Source of the DNA: an uncultured bacterium | GTDB lineage: Bacteria > Caldisericota > Caldisericia > B22-G15 | Direction: 5' to 3' | Length of the DNA stretch: 24,154 nt | Assembly: GCA_965612865.1 (NCBI GenBank) | Contig: CBFDTJ010000016.1 | Span: 1 to 24,154, forward strand | In this document: in pieces, positions 16,938 through 24,154 of the stretch | Numbering within the stretch: position 1 is the stretch's first letter | Layout: the number at the start of each line of letters is the position of its first letter | Position numbers and translations under genes: made by a program | Notes under the pieces: model-generated | The model's input: only the letters and a program-made list of their open reading frames with translations | Database searches by the model: none | What the model was told of the DNA's origin: nothing

Positions 16938-17802
16938 ACTTGCCATAGTGAGCGGAAAAGGAGGAACAGGAAAGACTACTGTATCTGCTTCTTTCTCGGT
17001 TCTTGCAAAGAATAAAATAATTGCAGATTGTGATGTAGACGCTCCTGATTTACATCTTCTTTTAAAACCTGAAATTCTTATCAAAAAAGATTTCTTTGGT
17101 ATGAAAAAGGCTTATATAGATAAGGATTCCTGTATAGAGTGTGGAATCTGTATAGATGTCTGTAGATTTGATGCAATCTCACCAGATTATGTTGTAGATG
17201 CTGCTCTATGTGAAGGTTGCGAAGTTTGCTTTACTCAATGTCCTGTTAAAGTTATAGAGATGAGAGAGAATAAAGCTGGTGAGTATTTCGTATCAGAAAC
17301 ACCATATGGAAAGATGGTTCATGGTCTCTTAGGTGTTGGAGAAGAAAATTCTGGAAAACTTGTGGCTATAATAAGAAATGTTGCCAGATACTATGCAGAA
17401 AAGGAAAAAGCAGACTACATCATAGTAGATGGACCACCAGGAATTGGTTGTCCTGTAAATTCCACTCTCTCTGGATTAAAATATGCAATTGGAGTTACTG
17501 AACCTACAGAATCTGGACTCTCAGACTTAAAGAGATTAATGGAATTGTTCCACCACTTTAAAATAAAACCATTCATTATAATAAATAAATCTGACCTAAA
17601 TTCTGATATGTCAGAAAGGATCAAGAGGGAATCTATAGAAGAGGGTGCTATATTTCTTGGAGAGATACCTTTTGATCCAGTGGTTGTTGAATCCTTAAAA
17701 ATGGGAAAACCTGTGGTTATATACGAAAAGGAGAGCAAAGCCAAAAATATAATAATTGAACTTTGGGATAAGACAGAGACTTACCTTAACAAAGAAGTTT
17801 AG
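16930..17802 (+). CDS. MinD-superfamily P-loop ATPase with inserted 2[4Fe-4S] ferredoxin domain (COG1149), copy 2
   Basis: SGKGGTGKT, ADCDVDAPDL, CIECGICIDVC / CEGCEVCFTQCP, GEENSGKLV, DGPPGIGCP, TEPTESGLSDL. Confidence 0.92.
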   Translation: MIELAIVSGKGGTGKTTVSASFSVLAKNKIIADCDVDAPDLHLLLKPEILIKKDFFGMKKAYIDKDSCIECGICIDVCRFDAISPDYVVDAALCEGCEVCFTQCPVKVIEMRENKAGEYFVSETPYGKMVHGLLGVGEENSGKLVAIIRNVARYYAEKEKADYIIVDGPPGIGCPVNSTLSGLKYAIGVTEPTESGLSDLKRLMELFHHFKIKPFIIINKSDLNSDMSERIKRESIEEGAIFLGEIPFDPVVVESLKMGKPVVIYEKESKAKNIIIELWDKTETYLNKEV

Positions 17803-18539
17803 CGAAGATTCTCATCAATAACTTTCTTGATTAAATCTCTATCTCCAACATTGTATGGATACTTCATTCCATTTATAAATACACCATTATCAATCCCATA
17901 CTTTTCTATATTTTCGTGATTAATTTCCACTTCTTCATAATGAATACTTAATTCAGTAGCAATTTTTTTGATTTCGCTCACTTTAAATGGAATCATAGGG
18001 CAAAAATTGTTTCTTAAAATAAATATACCTTCTTTATTTATATTTTTTTCCTTTCTTATAATAACCTTAACCTTTTCAGCCTTCAAAGGAAGATACATAT
18101 ACACATATCCCTTATCCTGATAAACCGGTCTAAATCCAAATCTCTGGAAATGAGTATAATACATGAATATGGGGCTTGTAGTTGCTCTAACCACTATCCC
18201 TTTCATATCTTTATTATCCTCTTTTAATCTCTCAAACAACCTCTTTCCAAGCCCCATATTTCTATATTTTCTTAATATCCATGTACATATAATAAGGATT
18301 ACATCATCCTCTGCAGTAAATGGAAGAATGGAATTTTGGGATATGGAGTAGTAGAGATGACCTGAAATTTTATTATCTATAAACAGGTGATAGCCCGAAA
18401 AACTTTTTCCAACCTCATTTTTAAAGTATTCTCTTGAGATTTCAGATGTTACATTTAAAGGATTACTCTTATCTTCCTTAAGACAAGAGAAAGCGAAACC
18501 GGAACTTCCTTTATTAATTAACTTTATTTCAACATTCAC
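17799..18539 (-). CDS. GNAT-family N-acetyltransferase with YoaP-like C-terminal domain
   Basis: Acetyl-CoA motif ICTWILRKYRNMGLGKRLF and FQRFGF; C-terminal NFCP...EEVEI...GVFING. GTG start 2 nt after the permease stop. Confidence 0.72.
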   Translation of the reverse strand: MNVEIKLINKGSSGFAFSCLKEDKSNPLNVTSEISREYFKNEVGKSFSGYHLFIDNKISGHLYYSISQNSILPFTAEDDVILIICTWILRKYRNMGLGKRLFERLKEDNKDMKGIVVRATTSPIFMYYTHFQRFGFRPVYQDKGYVYMYLPLKAEKVKVIIRKEKNINKEGIFILRNNFCPMIPFKVSEIKKIATELSIHYEEVEINHENIEKYGIDNGVFINGMKYPYNVGDRDLIKKVIDENLR

Positions 18540-18541
18540 TT

Positions 18542-19456
18542 TTATTCTCTGCTGTATGGTTTTCCAACTGAAGCAGGGAATTCCACTTGTTTTCTAAATA
18601 TCATCATGATTATGAGTACTGAAACAAATGGAAGCATAAGGAAGAACTGGTAAGGAATATTTCCTGAGATAAGTTGAAGTTGATAGGAGATAACCTCAAT
18701 AGCAGCAAAGAGAAAACCACCAAGAATTGCCCTTTGTGGCTTCCAGCTGGCGAAGATTGCTATTCCTATAGCCATAAAACCTCTTCCAGCAGAAATATCT
18801 GGAGAGTATGTCCCTGTAATTGCTATGGGTAGATATGCACCTGCCACACCGATTAATGCTGAACCTATTATAGTGGCAAGATATCTTCTTCCTACAACAT
18901 TAACTCCTACAACGTCTGCTGCTTTTGGGTTTTCACCAATAGCTCTTGTTTCTAATCCAATCTTTGTTTTATAGAAGAACCAGTATGCCACAATTGTGGC
19001 AGCGTACATGAAATAAACAATCACGTCCTGATTGAAAAAGCCTGAAATTATTGGAATGTTGGAGATAACTGGAATCCTCACCACTGGAGTAGGTGGTGCT
19101 TCTGGAGCAGATAAACGAACTCCTATAACTATCTTATAGATGAGGTCTGAAAGACCACCTCCTAAAATAACAAGAGATATACCTAAAATGAATTGGTTTA
19201 CCTTGAATGTCTCATGTATGAAGGCAAGCATAAGTCCAAACGCTGCTCCCATAAGTGCTCCTACAAGGAAACCAAGAAACCAATTCCCAGTTAGGTATGC
19301 TGTTATAAAACCACTGGATGCAGCGGCAAGCATAACTCCCTCACCTGAGACATTAAAAATTCCTGTTCTTCCAGCAATAACAATTCCTAAAGCAACAAGA
19401 GTATAAACTGTTGTATAAACCATGGTCTGGGTTACAAAATTATTTAAAAATTCCAT
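18542..19456 (-). CDS. Nucleoside/sugar ABC importer permease (COG1079-like)
   Basis: GRTGIFNVSGEGVML, VNQFILG, GLETRAIGENPKAADVVGVNV, AGRGFMAIGIAIFASWKP, PASVGKPY. Confidence 0.9.
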   Translation of the reverse strand: MEFLNNFVTQTMVYTTVYTLVALGIVIAGRTGIFNVSGEGVMLAAASSGFITAYLTGNWFLGFLVGALMGAAFGLMLAFIHETFKVNQFILGISLVILGGGLSDLIYKIVIGVRLSAPEAPPTPVVRIPVISNIPIISGFFNQDVIVYFMYAATIVAYWFFYKTKIGLETRAIGENPKAADVVGVNVVGRRYLATIIGSALIGVAGAYLPIAITGTYSPDISAGRGFMAIGIAIFASWKPQRAILGGFLFAAIEVISYQLQLISGNIPYQFFLMLPFVSVLIIMMIFRKQVEFPASVGKPYSRE

Positions 19457-19459
19457 CTC

Positions 19460-20515
19460 TTACCTCCTTACCGAAAACTTCTTTCTTATAACCACAATAA
19501 ACAGAACAATCAGTGCCTGTGAAAGGAAAACAAGTTCAACCGGGATTTGCATAGTTCTTTGAAGAGCATCTGCTCCCACAAGAAGAACAGACATTAAAAA
19601 CGCAGCAATAGGAACCCCAATGGGGTCACCTGCCACTATAAGACTTGTAAGAATCCCAAATATACCATACTGAGCACCACTGGTTTTTGCAAAACCTTCT
19701 ATTAATTTGCCATGGATGGTCATAATTTCTAAAGCTCCACCAAGACCTGCCAGACTACCTCCTATAAGGAATGTAACCATAATAGTTTTTGCAAAATTTA
19801 TTCCGTAAGTTTGAGCTGCAAAGAGATTGTAACCTACAGCAGTAATCTCATATCCCAACCTTGTTTTCTTAATAAGAATATAAACAAAAATAATAGCAAG
19901 AATTGCAAATATAATTGAGGATGGTATTCCACCAATAAATGGAAGTGTTGCAGACTTCGGAAGAGGTATAGTTATAGGGTGTCCCTCAAGAGGATCCTTA
20001 AAACGTGGAGCAGTTGCAATAAAGTTTACAAAAAGCACTGCCACGAAATTTAGCATAATGGTTGAGATTATCGGATTTATATCATATTTTGCTTTAAGGT
20101 ATCCAGCAATAAGTGCAAATAGACCTCCAGCAAGAATTCCAGAAATTAAAAGTAGGGGAACCAGCACCACAGCAGGAAGATTGAGGGGAGCAAGAGAAAG
20201 TCCAACAACAGTCGCTACAGTTCCACCCATTAACATCTGTCCCCAACCACCAATATTAAAGAACTTTATCATAAACGGTATAGTAAAAGCATATGTAGTG
20301 AATATAAGGGGGATAGTCTTTTTGATTGTCTCTTGAAAACCAAAGGCGGATTTAAATGAAGTAGTAGTCAGAGTTCTTAAGGCTCTGAATATGTCAAATC
20401 CCATGAGAGCAACAAGAACAGAGAAAACAGCAAAAGCGAGTAAAATGGCAATCAAATATACAGAAATATTTCTTAAAAATGGACCAAGAACTTTTTTATC
20501 CTTCTTTTCAGCCAC
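19460..20515 (-). CDS. Nucleoside/sugar ABC importer permease (COG4603-like)
   Basis: FNIGGWGQML, INPIISTIMLNFVA, KTRLGYEITAVGYN..AA..YGI, GGSLAGLGG. GTG start with SD GGAGG. Confidence 0.9.
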   Translation of the reverse strand: MAEKKDKKVLGPFLRNISVYLIAILLAFAVFSVLVALMGFDIFRALRTLTTTSFKSAFGFQETIKKTIPLIFTTYAFTIPFMIKFFNIGGWGQMLMGGTVATVVGLSLAPLNLPAVVLVPLLLISGILAGGLFALIAGYLKAKYDINPIISTIMLNFVAVLFVNFIATAPRFKDPLEGHPITIPLPKSATLPFIGGIPSSIIFAILAIIFVYILIKKTRLGYEITAVGYNLFAAQTYGINFAKTIMVTFLIGGSLAGLGGALEIMTIHGKLIEGFAKTSGAQYGIFGILTSLIVAGDPIGVPIAAFLMSVLLVGADALQRTMQIPVELVFLSQALIVLFIVVIRKKFSVRR

Positions 20516-20516
20516 A

Positions 20517-22049
20517 CTAACCTCCTATCATAAGCAAACCAATTTTATACTTATCGAACTCATCCCTATTAAATATTCCCTTAAGCTCACCTTTATGTAT
20601 AACTCCAATTCTATCACTTAAAATCATAAGTTCGTCAAGATCCTCATTAATCCAGAGTATGGCTCCACCTTTACTTCTTATCTCCACCAGTTTTTCAAAG
20701 ATAAACTCTACAGTGGAAATGTCAAGTCCAGATGTGGGGTTGTGGGTGACAAGAAAATCAATTGGATTAACAAAGGCTCTTCCAATAATAACTTTCTGTA
20801 TATTACCTCCGGAGAGTTTTCTTATAGCAATTTCAACATTAGGAGTAAATACATTGTAGTCTTTTACCACCCTCTCTGAAACCTTTTTCACTTCTTCCCA
20901 ATCAATAAAAACATTTCTCTTTAGGAATCTTTCCTCTGCGTGATGTCCTAAAAGTACATTTTCTTTTATACTTCCATCTGGTAAAATTCCTTCTTTAATT
21001 CTATCCTCTGGCGTATAAAAAACACCTTTGGAAAAAACCTTAAGAGTTGGCAAACCGTTTACGCTTTCTCCGTTGATAATAATATCACCACTTTTAAGAA
21101 TGGAGGGTTTTATCATAGCCTCTGCAAGTTCCTTCTCACCGTTTCCAGAAACAGATGCAACTCCAAATATCTCACCACCATACACTTCAAAAGATACATT
21201 CTTAAGTCCTGGTGTCTTTTCACTTGCTTCAACTTCTATGTTCTTAACAACGCAAACTGGCTCTTTTGACTTCTCAATCTCTGGCAACTCAACCTTCGGG
21301 AGAGCACTTTCGTTAACTTTTATTTCCTTTTCCATGAACATCAGTTTGACAAGACTTTCCTTGCTCATCTTCTCTCTTTCAAGAGTCCCCTGGACTTTTC
21401 CTCTCCTTAGAACAGTTACCGAATCACAGGCATCCATAACTTCTCTTATCTTGTGAGTTATAAATATAACGGTAACGCCTTTTTTTACAAGCATCTTGAG
21501 AGATTTTAACAGCTGCTGGAATTCTGCTTCTACCAGAGAGGTTGTTGGTTCGTCAAGTATAAGTAGTTTTGCTCCTCTGTATAGCGCTCTTACTATTTCA
21601 ATCTTTTGCTTAACACCTGCAGGAAGTTCTCTCACCTTTACATTAAGAGGGAATTCAAAACCAAGATCTTCCGCCATCTTTTTTATTCTCTTACTTTCCT
21701 TTTTTAAAGGTAGAGTAAGTTTATCTTCTGGCGTGCCGAGCATTATGTTTTCTACAGCAGTAAACTCTGGCACAAGGGTAGATACCTGATGAACCATCCC
21801 TATACCAAGTTTTATTGAGTCAAATGGAGATCTTATTTTTACTTCCTTTCCTTCAATAAAAATTTGACCTTTATCTGGTCTGTAAAGCCCATATAGAATA
21901 TTCATTAATGTTGATTTTCCAGCACCATTCTCCCCTAATAGTCCCCTGATTTCTCCTTTCCTTACAGAAAAATTAACATCGTGAAGAGCAACAACCTCTC
22001 CGAAAACTTTTCTTACATTTCTTAGTTCAACAAAAATCTCTTTGTTCAT
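20517..22049 (-). CDS. Double-domain ABC ATPase of a nucleoside/sugar importer (COG3845-like)
   Basis: GENGAGKST, GIGMVHQ, ILDEPT, FITHK. Second domain with degenerate Walker A (VSGNGE), PEDR..EG, LSGGNIQK, PTSGLD. SD AAGGTGAGG. Confidence 0.93.
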   Translation of the reverse strand: MNKEIFVELRNVRKVFGEVVALHDVNFSVRKGEIRGLLGENGAGKSTLMNILYGLYRPDKGQIFIEGKEVKIRSPFDSIKLGIGMVHQVSTLVPEFTAVENIMLGTPEDKLTLPLKKESKRIKKMAEDLGFEFPLNVKVRELPAGVKQKIEIVRALYRGAKLLILDEPTTSLVEAEFQQLLKSLKMLVKKGVTVIFITHKIREVMDACDSVTVLRRGKVQGTLEREKMSKESLVKLMFMEKEIKVNESALPKVELPEIEKSKEPVCVVKNIEVEASEKTPGLKNVSFEVYGGEIFGVASVSGNGEKELAEAMIKPSILKSGDIIINGESVNGLPTLKVFSKGVFYTPEDRIKEGILPDGSIKENVLLGHHAEERFLKRNVFIDWEEVKKVSERVVKDYNVFTPNVEIAIRKLSGGNIQKVIIGRAFVNPIDFLVTHNPTSGLDISTVEFIFEKLVEIRSKGGAILWINEDLDELMILSDRIGVIHKGELKGIFNRDEFDKYKIGLLMIGG

Positions 22050-22068
22050 CGCCTCACCTTAAATTTTT

Positions 22069-22098
22069 AAAAGGGGCTCAATTGAGCCCCTTTTTTTT
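22069..22098. terminator. Bidirectional intrinsic terminator / stabilising hairpin between the BMP and ATPase genes
   Basis: AAAAGGGGCTC-AATT-GAGCCCCTTTT perfect palindrome. T8 tail on +, T4 tail on -. Confidence 0.85.
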
Positions 22099-22113
22099 CT
22101 TTCTGTGCTTTCC

Positions 22114-23130
22114 TTATGGTTCAATGGTTTCTAAATTCTTTATTACCTTAATCTTACCTGATTCCACATCATCGGCAATCTGCTGAACCTTTGCATTGAT
22201 TTCCTCAGTTACATTGCTTATTGGAAACTGAGTATACCTTGCCTGACCTTTTCCATACTTCAACTCTATGAATCCTCCCTTTTCTCCATTAAGGATTTTG
22301 CCAACAATATCCTTTAGAGGAACACTAAAATCAAAGAGGTCTGAGGTAAGATAGTTATCTGGAGCGTGAACCTTTTTATCTGTGTATTTTGTTGTAATAA
22401 ATACAGGTCTATCTGCTTCTTTTACGGCATTGTAGAGACCGTAGTTTCCAAGATTTACTGAACTTAGTATTACGTCTACTCCCTTTGAAATTAAACCTTC
22501 AGCTGCCTGTCTTGTTTTTACTGGATCATTAAAATCACCAACATAGATGTACTGAAGTTCTGCATTGGAGCCAAGATCTCTTATAGCCTGTTTAACTGCA
22601 TTGATCTCTCCGTGAGTAAATGGAAGCTCAAGTCCTCCAATGTAACCAATTTTACCTGTCTGAGTTTTTAGAGCAGCAACTGCTCCAAGAACATAAAAAC
22701 CTGTATAGAAATTTCTATCCATATACCAGAAGTTTGGCTTCATATTATCAGGCTTTGCATCAACCTCAAGAATAAATGTTACATCTGGATAATCATCCCC
22801 AATTTTGTTTGCGGCACCATTGAACTGTGCACCGTGAACCCATATAATGTTGTAGCCCTCATTGATATACTCTTTCATAACTCTCTCTGCATCAGGCACT
22901 GCAACCTTTTCTGAATATGCTGTTTCAAGATCATACTCCTTACCTACATCCTGAAGAGCAACAAAACCTATAGTATTATAGTCTGCATCCTGAATAGACC
23001 CGGGGAATATTGCTGCCATTTTAAATTTTGGCTTCTCTTCGGGTTTTTCCTTAGGTGCACAGGAATAGGTGAAAACCCCTAATCCCACAAGTGCAATTAA
23101 AAGCAATGCTACTAAAATTTTACTTTTCAT
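22114..23130 (-). CDS. BMP-family (PnrA/TmpC-like) ABC substrate-binding lipoprotein
   Basis: Lipoprotein signal ending FTYS-C; PGSIQDADYN, KIGYIGG, YVGDFNDP.K...AA.GLI..GVDVI. SD AAGGAGG. Confidence 0.92.
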   Translation of the reverse strand: MKSKILVALLLIALVGLGVFTYSCAPKEKPEEKPKFKMAAIFPGSIQDADYNTIGFVALQDVGKEYDLETAYSEKVAVPDAERVMKEYINEGYNIIWVHGAQFNGAANKIGDDYPDVTFILEVDAKPDNMKPNFWYMDRNFYTGFYVLGAVAALKTQTGKIGYIGGLELPFTHGEINAVKQAIRDLGSNAELQYIYVGDFNDPVKTRQAAEGLISKGVDVILSSVNLGNYGLYNAVKEADRPVFITTKYTDKKVHAPDNYLTSDLFDFSVPLKDIVGKILNGEKGGFIELKYGKGQARYTQFPISNVTEEINAKVQQIADDVESGKIKVIKNLETIEP

Positions 23131-23170
23131 ACAAATCCTCCTTTATACTTTGAAGTTGTAGCTTAACAAA

Positions 23171-23179
23171 ATTATACCA
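23171..23179 (-). promoter_or_regulatory. Extended -10 promoter TGGTATAAT for the BMP/ABC operon
   Basis: The reverse complement of ATTATACCA (23171-23179) is TGnTATAAT, about 40 nt upstream of the BMP start. No good -35 at 17 nt. Confidence 0.6.
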
Positions 23180-23200
23180 TACTAGGTCTTTCAAAAAGTG

Positions 23201-23206
23201 TATAAT
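23201..23206 (+). promoter_or_regulatory. -10 box TATAAT six nt upstream of the nfo ATG
   Basis: TATAAT-TTAAAT-ATG; no SD between the box and the start codon. Confidence 0.5.
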
Positions 23207-23212
23207 TTAAAT

Positions 23213-24058
23213 ATGGGATTACTTGGTGCTCATGTTTCAATTGCTGGAGGTATTTTTAAGGCTTTAGAGAGAGGAGAAAATCTTGGTTGTGATTCCATTC
23301 AAGTGTTCACAAAGAATCAAAGGCAGTGGAAAGCAAAACCGTACAGTGAAAAAGAAATAGTGAGTTTTAAAGAGAGTTTTAGAAAAAGCACGATAAAAAA
23401 AGTTGTTGCTCACTCTTCCTATCTTATTAATCTTGGGAGTCCCAAAAAAGAATCTCTTATAAAATCAAGGGAGGCTTTCATAGATGAGATAATAAGATGT
23501 CATTTACTTTCCATTCCGATGATAGTTGTCCACCCTGGATCCCATCTTGGATATGGGGAAAAAGAAGGTATAAGAATTATAATAGATAGCATAAATTTTA
23601 TTATTGGGAAAACGTCTCACACAGATGTAAAAATACTCCTGGAGACAGTTGCAGGGCAGGGAACAAACATAGGGTACAGGTTTGAACATATTAAAGAAAT
23701 AATGGATGGGATAGAAAATAAACAAAGGGTGGGGGTGTGCTTTGATACTGCTCATGTTTTTGAAGCTGGCTATGATATTAAATATAAGGAGAGCTTCCAG
23801 AAGGTTCTTGAAGAATTTAACAATATAATTGGAATAAAAAATCTTTTTGTTTTTCACATAAATGACTCCAAAACCCCGTTAGGTTCAAGGGTAGATAGAC
23901 ATACGAATATTGGTGATGGAGAAATAGGACTGGAGGCTTTCAAATTCCTTGTGAATAATAAATTGTTTTCTGATCTTCCTATGATTCTTGAAACTCCAGG
24001 AGGGGAAGAAGCATACGTTAAAGATTTAAGAACTCTTCGAGGACTTATCTATAAATGA
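23213..24058 (+). CDS. nfo: Endonuclease IV (AP endonuclease)
   Basis: LGAHVSIAGG, QVFTKNQRQW, HSSYLINL, HPGS, LLETVAGQG, VCFDTAH, HINDSK, DRHTNIGDG, ILETP. Homology begins at ATG 23213. Confidence 0.96.
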   Translation: MGLLGAHVSIAGGIFKALERGENLGCDSIQVFTKNQRQWKAKPYSEKEIVSFKESFRKSTIKKVVAHSSYLINLGSPKKESLIKSREAFIDEIIRCHLLSIPMIVVHPGSHLGYGEKEGIRIIIDSINFIIGKTSHTDVKILLETVAGQGTNIGYRFEHIKEIMDGIENKQRVGVCFDTAHVFEAGYDIKYKESFQKVLEEFNNIIGIKNLFVFHINDSKTPLGSRVDRHTNIGDGEIGLEAFKFLVNNKLFSDLPMILETPGGEEAYVKDLRTLRGLIYK

Positions 24059-24087
24059 AAAAGGTGGTTGTTATTGGAGATATAAAT
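24055..24087 (+). CDS. N-terminal fragment of a probable PfkB-family carbohydrate/nucleoside kinase (truncated by adapter)
   Basis: ATGA overlap with the nfo stop. Reads MKKVVVIGDIN, resembling the PfkB/ribokinase first strand (V.V.G..N.D). Only 11 codons are available. Confidence 0.45.
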
Positions 24088-24153
24088 CTGTCTCTTATAC
24101 ACATCTCCGAGCCCACGAGACTAGGCATGATCTCGTATGCCGTCTTCTGCTTG
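24088..24153 (-). other. Nextera mosaic end + i7 adapter (index TAGGCATG, N706) + P7 (library artefact)
   Basis: CTGTCTCTTATACACATCTCCGAGCCCACGAGAC (24088-24121), TAGGCATG (24122-24129), ATCTCGTATGCCGTCTTCTGCTTG (24130-24153). Confidence 0.99.
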
Positions 24154-24154
24154 A

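Noticed and set aside
15601..17802. Nitrogen fixation genes (nifX/nifH) or cell-division minD
   Set aside because: No nifHDK or minC/minE here. The ATPases have ferredoxin insertions typical of COG1149 and lack NifH motifs.
20517..21300. Degenerate Walker A/B in the second ABC domain as a sign of pseudogenisation
   Set aside because: This degeneracy is normal for double-domain carbohydrate/nucleoside ABC ATPases, and the ORF is intact.
531..23857. Numerous 60-142 aa ORFs antisense or out of frame to the main genes (e.g. 4209-4604, 10038-10340, 15251-15562, 21028-21456)
   Set aside because: They overlap well-supported CDSs and show no recognisable motifs; treated as shadow ORFs.
13..24153. 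66-bp terminal inverted repeats with Tn5 mosaic ends, suggesting a composite transposon or linear replicon
   Set aside because: The sequences are Illumina P7 + index N706 + Nextera adapter, and there is no transposase in the window.

Overview
Gene-dense, AT-rich bacterial contig. The gene content fits an anaerobic amino-acid fermenter; Caldisericia-like is only an inference from the C-terminal copper-amine-oxidase-N 'stalk' domain and base composition. Both ends carry untrimmed Illumina Nextera i7/P7 adapter (13-78 and 24088-24153), so genomic sequence is about 79-24087 and the first and last genes are truncated. Left to right: (1) a >1480-aa gingipain-like C25 peptidase with Ig-like domains, three DOMON-like repeats and a stalk domain; (2) a MacB/YknYZ-type ABC operon (ATPase, seven-Ig-repeat COG1361 protein, permease, Yip1 protein) behind a SigW-like ECF promoter candidate and a perfect palindrome; (3) a FabL-like SDR; (4) a minimal ortA-ortB-oraS-oraE ornithine oxidation operon lacking ord/oraF/orr, whose -35 box sits inside a terminator hairpin; (5) a DUF5320-like/NifX-like/two MinD-ferredoxin ATPase module in which the two small proteins share a closely similar C-terminal coiled coil; (6) a convergent BMP nucleoside-type ABC importer plus a YoaP-like GNAT; (7) nfo, possibly leaderless, and the start of a PfkB-like kinase. 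No rRNA, tRNA, CRISPR array or genuine mobile element was seen. Modules (2) and (5) are the best candidates for uncharacterised systems.
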